NCBI RefSeq assembly: GCF_006345805.1
Contig: NC_043001.1
Coordinates: 118,668,001-118,732,000 of the forward strand
DNA from: Octopus sinensis
Taxonomy: Eukaryota
Length of the DNA stretch: 64,000 nt
Reading direction: 5' to 3'
Part shown: in pieces, positions 1 to 12,920 of the stretch
Layout: every line of letters begins with the position of its first letter
How positions within the stretch are numbered: position 1 is the first letter of the stretch
The notes under the pieces: model-generated
The model's input: the letters and a program-made list of their open reading frames with translations, nothing else
The model's database searches: none
What the model was told of the DNA's origin: nothing
Translations under genes and position numbers: made by a program

Positions 1-1261
1 GTATGTATGTATGTATGTATGTATGTATGTATGTATGTATGTATGTATGTATGTATGTACGTACGTACGTATGTATGTATGTATGTATGTATGTATGTAT
101 GTATGTATGTATGCATGTATGTATGTATGCATGTATGTATGCATGTGTGTATGTATGTATGCATGTATGTATGTATGTATGTATGTATGTATGTATGTAT
201 GTATGTATGTATGTATGTATGTACGTACGTATGTATGTATATATGTATGTATACATGTATGTATGCATGTGTGTATGTATGTATGTATGTATGTATGTAT
301 GTATGTATGTATGTATGCATGTATGTATGCATGTATGTATGTATGCATGTATGTATGCATGTGTGTATGTATGTATGTATGTATGTATGTATGTATGTAT
401 GTATGTATGTATGCATGTATGTATGTATGTACGTACGTATGTATGTATGTATGTATGTATGTATGTATGTATGTTTGTATGTGTGTATGTATGTATGTAT
501 GTATGCATGTATGTATGTATGCATGTATGTATGCATGTGTGTATGTATGTATGTATGTATGTATGTATGTATGTATGTATGCGTGTATGTATGCATGTGT
601 GTATGTATGTATGTATGTATGTATGTATGTATGTATGTATGCATGTATGTATGTATGCATGTATGTATGCATGTGTGTATGTATGTATGTATGTATGTAT
701 GTATGTATGCATGTATGTATGTATGTACGTACGTATGTATGTATGTATGTATGTATGTATGTATGTATGCGTGTATGTATGCATGTGTGTATGTATGTAT
801 GTATGTATGTATGTATGTATGTATGCATGTATATATGTATGTATGTATGTATGTTTGTATGTGTGTATGTATACATGTATGTATGTATGTATGTATGCAT
901 GTATATATGTATGTGTGTATGTATGTATGCATGTATGTATGTATGTATGTATGTTTGTATGTGTGTATGTATGTATGCATGTATGTATGTATGTATGCAT
1001 GTATATATGTATGTATGTATGCATGTATGTATGTATGTATGTATGTATGTATGTATGTATGCATGTATGTATGTACGTACGTATGTATGTATGTATGTAT
1101 GTATGTATGTATGTATGTATGCGTGTATGTATGTATGTATGTATGTATGTATGTATGCATGTATATATGTATGTATGTATGTATGTATGTACGTACGTAT
1201 GTATGTATGTATGTATGTATGTATGAATGTATGTATGTATGTTTGTATGTATGTATGCATG

Positions 1262-1294
<33 letters not shown>

Positions 1295-1557
1295 GTGTAT
1301 GTATGTACGTACGTATGTATGTATGTATGTATGTATGTATGTATGTATGTATGTATGTATGAATGTATGTATGTATGTTTGTATGTATGTATGTATGCAT
1401 GTATGTATGTATGCATGTATGTATGCATGTGTGTATGTATGTATGCATGTATATATGTATGTATGTATGTATGTTTGTATGTGTGTATGTATGTATGCAT
1501 GTATGTATGTATGTATGTATGCATGTATATATGTATGTGTGTATGTATGTATGCATG

Positions 1558-1591
<34 letters not shown>

Positions 1592-1910
1592 TGTATGTAT
1601 GTATGTAGGTATGTACGTACGTACGTACGTACGTATGTATGTATGTATGTATGTATGTATGTATGTATGTATGAATGTATGTATGTATGTATGTATGTAT
1701 GTATGTATGTATGTATGTATGAATGTATGTATGCATGTATGTATGTATGTATGTTTGTATGTATGTATGTATGTATGTATGTATGTATGTATGTATGTAT
1801 GCATGCATGCATGTATGTATGTATGTATGTATGTATGTATGTATGTATGTATGCATGCATGTATGTATGTATGTATGTATGTATGTATGTATGTATGTAT
1901 GTATGTACGT
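1..1910. repeat. (ATGT)n tetranucleotide satellite with variant units (GTAC, GCAT, GTGT, GCGT, GTTT, GAAT); open at the window start
   Basis: Directly visible; grades into (GCAC)n at about 1911-1930. Confidence 0.99.
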
Positions 1911-2441
1911 ACGCACGCACGCACGCACACCCACATACAGTGCATATTAATAAAAATCAACAATGAAATAAAATACAAACCCTTTGTAAGAAAACGATAA
2001 TTGTAAAATTCAATTGTTAGTAAAATATTTTTGTTGTATAATTTCCAGCTTAAATAATGGATGAAAATGGAATTCCCGGATTGTTTGGGTTTCGTTATCA
2101 ATCCTGCATTATATGAGCATAAAATGAAAGATCGCTGGGTTACATCTTCCGTATATATAGTCTGCTAATAAAAAAACATATATCAGAAAGAAGCACACTC
2201 TAAAGAATAGAGCAGTAATTATTACAAGAAAAATTTTAATCTTGGACATAGAATTATCCAAGGTTTCGTTAGACACTACATAAATACAAAATTTTAAGTA
2301 TCTACGTTGCAGATGTGAGGAAACGCTTAGAACTCGAGGAATACGTCTTAACCAAAAAAAAAAAAAAAAAAGTTAATGAAGACGGGTTATCTCCTCTGAA
2401 TCAGATGGGGCGGGGGGAATACCTTATAGACCCAAAGAGGC

Positions 2442-4640
2442 CTAACTAGCAAACGGGGAGATCCAATTTTCCAGTAAATAACGCTCGAAGTGGATACATT
2501 TCGAAAACACTTCTTTACGGATGTTTAATACGCCAGGTTTCGTATAGTTCTTAAGAATTTTGGCTCTCTCCGCGATGCAGATCTTGCAACGGCAACTCCC
2601 ATTAATATACGGATGATCAATTTCCACCTGATGCCACACATGGTCTCTTAATCTTTAAGGTGTCATACATGGCGGGTCAGGGACGTGACAAACCGTCTTT
2701 CTGGGACTCTGTAGGATGACTAGTGGTTAAGAAAACGTCGCTTGAACGAAGTACTTGCAGAACCAATATAATTACACACATGGGACGTAGCCCTATTCGC
2801 ACCCCTGTCGAAAATAAATATTTGGTCATCTTCAGAGGTGGCGGAACTGGGAACGGCGGATACCTCTTCCAAGTCGCTGGTCCTGGATAAGTCATTATTT
2901 CTAGGTGTGACGTTTATACTGGTGGTAACATGCATTGCGGGTCTGGTCACTCTATCTGTATCTATGGTTTGTTCATTATCCGTGGCGGTGGTACCGGGGT
3001 CTTCGGTGACGCTCTGATGCTGGTCTCGGACTGGTTATTATCTCTCGCTGTGGCAACTGCATTGGCGTGAGAACTGGTTAATCTGTTAATAATGTTGCAA
3101 TTTGATGGTACATTACTGTGGATATCAAGTCTAGGTATCACCATAGCCTCATAAATGCCTCGCATCGGCCTTCTACTGGACAGTTATTATATACCCTGAA
3201 AGAGCAACCTGCCTTCTCCCTTGTATTATGGGTACTTGCTAAAATGTTTTTTTTTTGTTAGGTGCACAACTAAAGGAGTTTCTTAGGTTGTGTCTGTTAG
3301 ATAAATGCCTGTATCTATGTGTGTATGTGTGTGTGAAACGTTTGTCTATCAATCTAAGGAAGATCTTTCCCACACAAATCTTGACGTTGAGTGAGAAGGG
3401 CGGTGCAAACCAAACGACATTTCTGCGGTGCTTCCTTTTCTGGGTGCTAGGGCTAGGCTAGGTTTAACAACTGGGTGCTAGGGCTAGGAGATGCGGTCTT
3501 TAAACCCACTCGATGCCAGTGCCTCGTTGTAGTTGGGGGCAGCGGTGTCGAATATATCTTGGCTCGAGGTCATCTTGCTTACACCTTTCACTAGGTTCTT
3601 GAAAACTATTGGGGATGGTAGGAGGCTGTGCTAATATATGACAGTCTCTTGTTTGGCTTGTAATAGGGCCAGTATGTACCAGAGCCCAGAGCTAAAGTAA
3701 CATCTAAGAAATCTACTGTGGTGTGATTAGTCTCAATGGTGATCTTGAGACCCACTAAGCCTAAAGTGCTACTTAGGTCCTTTCTAAGTCTAATGTGTGG
3801 CCGTTGGCTCCTCTACAGATGGCTAGGGCGTCATCTCTGTAGAGTCGAAGGAAACCTCTTCCCTAAGATGTCCAGGATGTACAGTCCGATAAGATCACAG
3901 GTATCGGCGCTGCCATATGCTTCCACAGCTACATCAAAGGAGCCCTCGGAGTCAGATTCATTGATCCAAGTCGAATCTTTACTGAACAGCACCGTCTTCT
4001 TGGCATGCATGATAACTCTAACATCACTATTACTGATATCTGTGAAGCCCTTGGCAAAAGAAAGTGCCTTCAGCAATAACTCTTTAGAAATAGATGGATA
4101 AAAGTCGACAATGTCGAACTGTGCAAATATAGCCCTGCTTCTGTCCCGGTTAGCAATAAACCATGTGGTTACCTCATTGGTGCTGCGCCATAGACAAAGG
4201 CTCGTGTATCTTATGTCATCATTAATCTTCCTCTATATACTTACTCGCCTGGCCGGGTTGATCGGGCAGTATTTGGGATTACAGGTAAAATAATAAAAGC
4301 ATTTCTCTTGGCCAATATCTCTACTCTGTCAGCTATAGCTAGGTTAACTGCTATTTGTTTAACCACACAGTTAATGTTATTGTAAGTGTGTGGGGAAGCG
4401 TGTCTTTATTTTTGTGTAATTGAATGATTTAAAAGCCTATCGTAAGCGTATGTATCTATCATAAGTTCTTAGTCTTATCCGAGAAAATTAAGGACCTGTT
4501 AGAGTTTCTTATTTATTTGTATATACGAGTTAATTTGTCCCTGGAGACTGCTCTATAAGCGAAAACTCGTAAAGCAGAGCAATAATTTCCCATAGTAGTA
4601 ATGAAATTTTATGCTGTCACTTTACTCCGTCGCTGTGAAG
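2442..4640 (-). mobile_element. Decayed Penelope-like retroelement (RT + C-terminal GIY-YIG endonuclease), resembling the Hydra-type C-terminal EN+ PLEs
   Basis: Minus-strand translation across stops and frameshifts: ADRVEILAKRNAFIIL, QFDIVDFYPSISKELLLKALSF, HAKKTVLFSK, FDVAV..YGSADTCDLIGLYILDIL, ITIETNHTTVDFLDVTL, RRNVVWFAPPFSLNVK, CPVEGRC, GIYEAMV, YIGSASTSFKRRFLNH, CKIC..ER..LNIRKEVFSKCIH. Clade assignment is tentative. Confidence 0.9.
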
Positions 4641-5091
4641 ACTCGTCAGAACCAGTGTTGCCAACTGTTACGACGCTGTCTCTCTCACACACACAATGAC
4701 TGTATTACTAATATTTTGTCACTAAGACTTGTGTGTACTCTGCCTGCTAAAACTTACAGGAAGCATTGCAAGATTTGAACTCAGGCGTAATTAAATATTC
4801 TATGTTCATTTCGTTTGCTGCTCTACCGATTCTATCCCAGTGACACTTATGTATTTTAAAATTGTTTATTTTTATTGGAATATAACACGTATGTTTATGA
4901 TACATATATAATACAAAACCACATTAAAAATATAAATCTTTAGAGGGATAGGATGTTGAGCGATCTAATGTGACTCTACTCAGAAGGCTGTAATATCATT
5001 TGACAGGAAACCCAGTAGAAAGAATACATACGACACGGCTGCGACTTTATATACCTTTAATGTGGCCACATGTATATACACCACAAGACTG

Positions 5092-5453
5092 TCACTTATA
5101 AACCACGTGGGTTTGTTTATGTTTCTGAACAAGATCGTCACTTTCCGTAAAATTAAAAGAATTTTTTAAACTTATGTTGAGGAAGAGGGTATCTTTTGAA
5201 ATCGGCAGAGACGTACACACCACACTTTCTGTCTCGCACACCCCATCAAATACACATCACTTCCTCTGCTTCACGCCGACTTCTAAAGATAAGTTCCCTC
5301 TTCCAATCGCTCTCTCTCTCTCTCTGACTCTTTCGCTTTTACGCCGACTTCAAAAGTTCCCCTCTTCCCCCACATAAGTAAAAAAAAAGATATTACGGAA
5401 ATCGACGATCTTGTTCAGAAGCATAAACAAACCCACGTGCTTTAAGAAGTGAT
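5092..5453. mobile_element. MITE-like element, about 360 bp with about 60-bp terminal inverted repeats
   Basis: 5092-5150 (tcacttataaaccacgtgggtttgtttatgtttctgaacaagatcgtcactttccgtaa) is the near reverse complement of 5393-5453; interior is non-coding. Confidence 0.75.
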
Positions 5454-6039
5454 GTGAACTGTTCTCAAAACGAAAGATCGCCAATGGCGAAAAAATGGTT
5501 TGATGCGTGGAGGCCACGGTGTTCTGTGCGTTAGTTCCTATCTGCTACTGACGTGTGGTGTGAGAGGGAGCCAGTTACCGATGCAGAAAGAGAAAGAGAT
5601 GAGTGTCTGAACCATAACGTTGCTTATGCCTTCTATTGTTCAACTGGTTTAACCTCGCTGTCAAGTGGGGCAACTGCACCTACAAATCAATACCGGGAAA
5701 AAATATAAAAAAAGAGGTACAAGGAAAGAAAAAGAAAGCAAAATTTAAAAAAGAGTGGAAAAGCATCAATTCAACACCAAGTGCCTCAATCGATCGCATA
5801 GCATAAGGTTCAACGGAAGCTACCGAAGCAAACCAACACGCTCGCGGTCTTGTCACGGGTGATGTCGAGGCCAAGGCGTTGGAACAGCCAAGCATCCTCA
5901 CGAACATCACCTGACACCTCAGTAAGGCGAACCGCCAACGATGACGAACACTTCGTCGTTAGCAACCCTGTCCCTCCAAACGCCTCAAACACCACAAGCT
6001 GGAAGAAATAGTTCAGTTTCAAATTTTGGCACAAAGCTA

Positions 6040-6410
6040 TTTCGGGGATGGGGTAACTGGTACTTATTTTATTGACCCTGAAAGGATGATAGTAAAGCCG
6101 ACCTCTGCGGAATTTGAACTCAGAACGTAAAGACGGACGATATATCGCTAAGCATTTTGCCTGGCGTGTTAACGATTCTGCCTGCTCGCCGCTTTAGTGA
6201 CACTTATAATATTGATTCCAAACAGGGCGGCAAGCTGACAGAATCGCTAGCATGCTGGGCTAACGATTAACGACATTTCACTCGTCTCTACGTTCTGAGT
6301 TCAAGTTCCGTCGAGCTTGACTTTGTCTTTCATCCTTTCGGGGTCTGTAAAATAAGTACCAGTTGAGTACTGAAGTTGATGTAACCGATTTAGCCCCTTA
6401 ACTGGTACTT
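6040..6410. mobile_element. Two oppositely oriented copies of tRNA-derived SINE family A (CpG-rich)
   Basis: A-box-like ggcggcaagctgacagaatcgttag, B-box gagttcaagttcc, core gtcgacttt..cctttcggggtc..aagtaccag; many further copies in the window. Confidence 0.8.
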
Positions 6411-8454
6411 ATTTTATTGAGTGACACTTATAATATCAACGAGGAAAAGTTTACAAGTTTTTCATTGGAGTAAATATGAGAGTTAAAACAAAATTAAATA
6501 GACCTTCGATGATGTGATAAACACACACACACACGTATTTGTAGCTACGCATTTAAAATACCGCCTGCTCTACGGGACATTTTCTACATCCGCTGTCGAC
6601 ACTACCGTGATATTCTATGCTACAAAGTATATCTATATTTTATCCAACAGTGTGTGTAATAAGATAGATGTGTAGCGGGAGAAATTGATTTGTAAACAAT
6701 ATGATGAAATGTCGGAGTCAGCAGTTGTAACGATAAAAATTTTTTGTTATAATTGTAAGATGTGAAAGATGAACAATGCATGAAGTTTTAAGGAAATATT
6801 TATTTACCGTTACGTTACAATACCTTGCCTCGACGAGCAGGTTACGATAAATCCAGAAGCATGCGAAGTAAAGTTTGTGTTTGTGCCCTCTTCATTGTTT
6901 AGTAGTAAATACAGAGAGAGATAGAATGATGTTGTAAGAGAACATAATTAAAGCTAGTGAGAGTTGTAGGATGTTGTCTCACAGTTGCTGACACTAAACT
7001 TCATTTCTCCATCTGACCAAGGTTCTAGCTGGTCAGACAGACTTCATTGTCACCGTAGTGACTATCCAGAAGGATAGATATATCATTGAGAACAATAGAT
7101 TTAGTTGGTGGTCTTGTTATCTCTATTTTAGCTTTTGGTGAAGTAGAAGAGGTTAGAAAGTGTCAAGTGGCGAAGATATTATTTCGGTCTAGCCAAAGGC
7201 ATCTGGAAAATGTAAAACTGCTGTCAGAGAAAAACCATTGTTCCACCGTGGGAAAAGATCTGTTGCAGTGTTAATTTAAATTTGGCTTTGGTGGATTGAA
7301 TCCACTTCATGCATGCAAGATCCACAACAGATGTAAACACTTTTTTTATGTACAATATCTTCTGAGGGAGAAAAAAAGGATCAACTGTATTAGTTTCATT
7401 TCTGCTTAGGGATTTTATTAGCGACTATGTACACTCTGTTTACTTTGACACTGTTTAGAAATATACGTGTATTAAGAGCTTAATGAAACCAGATAAAGAC
7501 AATTAAATATACATCGAGGACAACTAGTTTGATAAATAATTTATATTTTTATGCATGAGGGTTGCTAACGATTGTAATAACTTTATTAATTCACTAATCT
7601 AGCATACAATAGGGTTACAACAAAGTAATGTATCTGAAATAAGTCTTCTTACTGAAAGGTCATCTCTATGCAAGCTGATCGCATTATTATTTATCACTTT
7701 ATGCCATGCACCAGCGTGATAGATATATGTATTTTTGTGAGAACCTGGTTGAAATTCGAACAATAGTTCTAATATTTTTCTCCAGTCTGGAACCACGATC
7801 TATGTATTTTCCAAAAGAGGAAAGAGCTACCACAAAAAATAAAATCTTAAATGAATACGATTTGACCAATCTGCACTAGCTGACTTATTTATAACCGAGA
7901 CAGCAACTTTAGAAGTGTGCAAGTTATCTCGCAAAACGGATTGTAGAACCTTCTGGATCAACAGTTTTTTAAAGGTCACAAAATTCGACTTGGAGCCGAG
8001 TTATTTCAGATATATACGGTTCATGTTTATTTTTTATACCCCTGTTCTATAGTTTCTGAGTCATTCTCCTGGCAAATTCTACATAATCAAGGAGTTATTT
8101 CAGGATTTGTGCAAGTCGGTTATTTTTACCATGGTAGTTTCTCAACTATTTTTTTTCTCCTGGTCATGAACCTTAACTAGCAGTTTCAATCAACGAATAT
8201 TCATAATATGCAATCATTCATATGACCTGTATTACACGATGATAATTTGTTGATACAAATATAGTGTAATGGTAAATAAAACATTTGGTAATTCAAACCA
8301 ATTTTACAACCGTTAAGGAGCTTCTATACGGTCCCTCTATCTACAGGAAGTTGGAGGAGGCAATCTCCTGCAATACTGTCTTCATAAAAAAAAGGAATCG
8401 GGGATGCTCCTAAAAATGAATGGTTTCTTTTGATGATAATTAAATAACAATCTA

Positions 8455-8810
8455 AGGCGGCGAGCTGGCAGAAACGTTAGCGCGCCGGGCGAAATGCTTT
8501 GCGGTATTTCGCCTGCCGCTATGTTCTGAGTTCAAATTCCGCCGAGGTCGACTTTGCCTTTCGTCCTTTCAGGGTCAATTAAATAAGTACCAGTTACGCA
8601 CTGGTGTCAATATAATTAACTTAATCCGTGTGTCTGTCCTTGTTTGTCCTCTCTGTGTTTAGCCCCTTGTGGATAGTAAAGACATAGGTATTTTGTCTGC
8701 CGCTATGTTCTGAGTTCAAATTCCGCCGAGGTCAAGTTTGCCTTTCATCTCTTCAGGGTCAATAAAATAAGTACCAGTTGAACACTGGGGTCAATGTAAT
8801 CGACTCATCC
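8455..8810 (+). mobile_element. SINE family A: one full copy plus one partial tandem copy
   Basis: taaggcggcgagctggcagaaacgttagcgcgccgggcg...gagttcaaattccgccgaggtcgactttgcc; the core repeats at about 8700. Confidence 0.85.
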
Positions 8811-9439
8811 CAACCTCCCTTGTGGAAAAAGTTTGAAATAATTAACTAACAATCTATTTAGAGCAGCTTGAATGATTCAGTTGTCTTGGTTACGACAAAA
8901 CAATTCTAATGAGGAACTAGAAGTTATTGACTCCTTGGTTGGTATGTACTATTCTACATACTGCCTTAGATTTATGAAGTCAGATTATTTGTGAAAATAG
9001 TATTGACTCTTGGTAATTTTATTAATTCTCTCGATAAAGTAGGATGTATTGTAATGATTTTTTCTCAACTCCCGCTGATCAACAAGAGTATTTGAACTAT
9101 GTTCTGCAAGCTATTGAAACACTTGTCAATTATGTAACAACATCAATTACATAGTACTTCTATGGTAGTGAGCAGAAAGTTGCGACGGGGCGAGTGGACA
9201 GCAGGAGAAATCTTCAGAGGAAGAGCTCCTGTAAAATAAATGTTTCACCCCGTCAGTTCTCAACACTCTGAGGGAGCTGAGACCACTTAGGTAGTGACTC
9301 CTAGGTATCCTTCCACTGTTATTTAAATTCCATCTTCAATAGTGATTGAACTAGATACTTTTACGTGAGCTTATTGCTCAGCCACACAGACCACTTATAA
9401 GCTTTTCAAACTAGGTTTCCTCCTTGAGGCTTGCTGTAT

Positions 9440-9900
9440 CTTTTTCAGTTCCATCCATCATCCCTTTTCGCCCATAAATACAGTAAACTCTTTTCAGTTG
9501 TCTCCGACAGGCATTCATTGTCGCTATTCTTTTACGACTCTTGATTTTGATGTCACTTAGTAGATGGCATATAAATGCTGCGATAAACCACCAATTGCCA
9601 ACACCCACCGCCTTTGCGATGCAACATTACCCCTTCTTTGTTAGTTCTTTCACCAAGTCATCATATTTTCTCACCTTCAGTTGGTATTGTTCCTCTACTC
9701 GGCCTTCATAAAAGGCTGTTAACTCAACCAAGATGATTCTGGCACACATTTTCGACCAAAGGACAATTTCTAGTTTTTGTCCTTTTATATATCAATAAAA
9801 TTTATATAGCTTTTGCACCTGTATGGAAGTCCTGTATATATTTCCCATTTCCCTTCAAGTTTGAGTAGGTTTTGTCCAAGCATCTTTTTTTATCCAAACC
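9440..9900 (-). mobile_element. 3' fragment of an RLE-type non-LTR retrotransposon (HERO/NeSL-like restriction-like endonuclease)
   Basis: Translation EIVLWSKMCARIILVELTAFYEGRVEEQYQLKVRKYDDLVKELTKKG*..VGVG..FIA matches the (P)DIVLWS..IELT..EE..K..KY.DL..E pattern. Confidence 0.7.
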
Positions 9901-10199
9901 ACTTCTTCCCTTCTGTTATAAACATTAGGGCTGAGTCCGTAATTGCAGCTATATTATTAGATGCTACAGTTATATAGTACTATTGTAGTATATATAATTA
10001 GAGACTACAATAATATAGTATTTCAGTAAAATATATAATTATATACAATATATTATAGTATGCTAACAACAGCTGTCCTCACCTTTTCTAAATTCAGTGT
10101 CCTATATGATGACAAGCAGAATCAGCCATTACCCTCCCCTCCTTAAATCTTCTGTGAGGTTTTCAAAGATAAAGTTTAGTATGAATTCCTTGTATTTAT

Positions 10200-10720
10200 T
10201 TTCAGCAGGCCAAGGTGGGAAACACTTTTCTAATGACGTACTTTGGTAATAGTTTTGATGAGTTATCTGCCCTTCCTATTTCAAAAGTAATAAAGTTTGT
10301 GAATATCTTGAAGTTGTCTCCCCTGCCTTTCATTTATGCAAATGTTTTACCTTTCCTCAAATTAATTAAGTCTTACTTAACTGATCTTTTCCTTGCTCGC
10401 CACAATGTATTATTGCCTACTTTACTAATTATTTTACATGTGGATGGAAAAGTAATTTCTCTTGCTCATTATTCTACATTGTCACACAAGTATACGGTTA
10501 TGATTATTCTTTTTGTTAAGTTTCTGACAGTCAGGGTTAAGACTATGCTTAGTCATAGTTAAGACGATCTAAACATTATTCAAATTGTCACTGTGTCCGC
10601 CAAAGATCAGATTAATTTCCTCCGCTCTTTGCATGCTTATTTCTTCTTTTACTTTATATTTTGGTGTAGTCCCCTAGCGTTGGTAGAGTTTCGTGTAGTT
10701 AGAACTTTCTTGTTTACCGC
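10200..10720 (-). mobile_element. Possible L1/Tx1-like LINE 3' remnant
   Basis: Weak similarity only (IISKVGNNTLWRARK.., FHKLYYF); heavily decayed. Confidence 0.35.
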
Positions 10721-11032
10721 TTTCATTGTCTACTCTTACTTTAGTAATTATTTCATCTTAATTTGGTATCAAATTATTAGTCAGTTGGAAAATTTATAAA
10801 AAACATGAATAGCAGAATTCGAGAATAATAACTCCTTTTTTAATTCCAAATTTAATTCTTATTATTCTTCAGTTGATGCAAACTATTTGAATTTACCATA
10901 TTTGATGGTATTAAGGCGCATATTTTTCTTCTAAAAAAAAAAAAGATCCCTCAAGTTCTATATATGAACTTCTTTAAATCATACTGTACCATGTTAAAAA
11001 AAAGGCACATATTAGGTAGTGTTGTCCTAGGT

Positions 11033-12290
11033 CAGGGATGTCCAATCTTTTTTCCTTGTGGGTCAAACTATAAATTTAAGTATATTCACTAGACCACAAA
11101 GGTACTTAGATATAAACTTTTAAAAAGTTCAAGATATAGTGAATAAAATTTTTAATAACAAGTATAAATACAAAATTATGTGTTATTGACAGTAAAAATG
11201 AAATTACACTTACACAAAATAAAATCAATGTGATTTTTGGCATTGCTTTCCTATGATGATAATCTCAATATCTGCTTTTATGGTACTATTCTTTACTTTA
11301 AGAATGTTAGTTAAATGACAGTCACTCAGCCTATTTCTTTCAGCAGTTTAGAGGTTTTTCATACATGAAAAGAATTGTTCACAGCAGTATGTACTACTCC
11401 ACATGCACAATAGTTGAAATCTATTCAAAGTTGCTGCTTGACCGAGCCATTTGACTTTTGAGAAATAAATAATGTCTTCATACTCACTGCCAACTTCTGT
11501 CAATTATGCTTTGAATGTCTGATGGTTCAAGCCCTGAGATCTGATAAAACTTAACAATGTTCGCAATATCTGTCATCAACTGTTTCATATTTAATTTTTG
11601 AGCACACAATTGCTGTTGATGATAGCTAAGTATATCATGATCAACCATTTCTTTGAATAAAGTAATAAACCCATTATTTTTACCAGTTAAAGCAGGAGCA
11701 CCATCAATTGTAATTGAATTAATTTCATTTCTATCAACATTGAACTTTTCTAATGATAAACTAAAATGCTCAATTATGTCCCCGCCAATTGTTGAACCCT
11801 TCATATGACACACGCCCAACGTTTCTTCAATGATATTAAAATTAACACCAATTCCTCTGATAAAAATAACCAATTGTGCAGTGTCACTTTGATCAGCACT
11901 TTCATCCAATACTAAACTGTAATGGACACATTTAGATAACTGAGTCTGTAATCTACCCACAATACTGTCAGCTAAGTCACCAATTCTTCTACCAGTTGTC
12001 TGATGTGACACTCTTGTTTCATTGAATCAGTTCACCTTCTCAGGACAATATTTATTTAAAGCACTTACAATACATTCATTTATTAATTCACCATCTATCA
12101 GTGACTTATCCTTCTGAGCCAATTGTTCAGCTATTAAATAACTAACTTTTGTACATGTACCAGTTTTCCCAACATGGTTTTTGAAACTGTTTTGTTGTGA
12201 ACGAATCTTCTTCTTTAATTCATCTATTTTCATTTTCCCTCTTTCTCCATTTAAATCATTATATTGTGACTCATGACCACAAAAGATTTG
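11033..12290 (-). mobile_element. Internally deleted hAT DNA transposon (SPIN/Charlie/GTF2IRD2-type transposase)
   Basis: ORF 11484-12011 YSLVLDESADQSDTAQLVIFIRG..TIDGAPALTGK..HQQQLCA; ORF 12027-12299 is the N-terminal part; dimerisation motif STYCCEQFFSCMK at about 11350-11400; terminal repeat cagggatgtccaa at 11033, flanked by tcctaggt. Confidence 0.9.
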
Positions 12291-12920
12291 AAACTGCAAA
12301 CCTGGTTATGGGTTTCCTTGAGAACAAACTGTATGAGGACATAAGGAAAATCTTTGAACACGACTTCAAAGAAGACATCTACCTCGATGACTGTTTCATC
12401 TTTTGGAACAGATCAGAAGAAGATCTACGAACATTCCACAACATCCTCAACACACTGCGTCCATCTATCAACTTTACGACAGAAACCATCCTAGACATCA
12501 ACATCAAGATACACAACTCCATCGTCACAACAGATATCCACTACAAAACAACTGACACACACCAATACTTGAATTTCTACTCCTGCCACCCATCCCACAT
12601 AAAAAGAAACATTCCATATAGTATGGCAAGATGCAAAAGCAGCATAGTGATCGACTCACAAATATGCCAAATAAGACTAAATGAACTTAAAAACTTCCTA
12701 CTAGAACAGAAATACCCATTCAAATTAATATAAAATGGAATCTCAAAAGCAATGAAACTGGACATCACACAACTCAGAACTCCAAAAAAGAAAAACAAAG
12801 AAAACATCATCGCATTCATAAACACACACAACCCTGGAGTTACTAACATGTTTCAAATTATACAGTCAAACTTACCAATAGTCCTACAAAGCCCCCAAAT
12901 GGGAAACCTATTAAATAAAT
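12291..12920 (+). mobile_element. Penelope-like RT fragment of a second lineage (Neptune/Poseidon-like)
   Basis: ANLVMGFLENKLY..YLDDCFIFW..SINFTTE..TDIHYKTTDTHQYLNFYSCHPSHIKRNIPYSMA..L..QKYP. Confidence 0.85.

Noticed and set aside
3-2000. Long MYVC-repeat ORFs (up to 651 aa)
   Set aside because: Artefact of a stop-free tetranucleotide repeat; no coding complexity
2240-2405. Hammerhead-like hairpins near the PLE 3' end (taatga-agacggg/ctcctct-gaat on +; ctaacga-ttgga/tccaa on -)
   Set aside because: Both catalytic boxes deviate from CUGANGA/GAAA; too degenerate to claim
3736-4101. 121-aa plus-strand ORF (also 15161-15406 and 12577-12849)
   Set aside because: Antisense shadows of retroelement RT coding sequence
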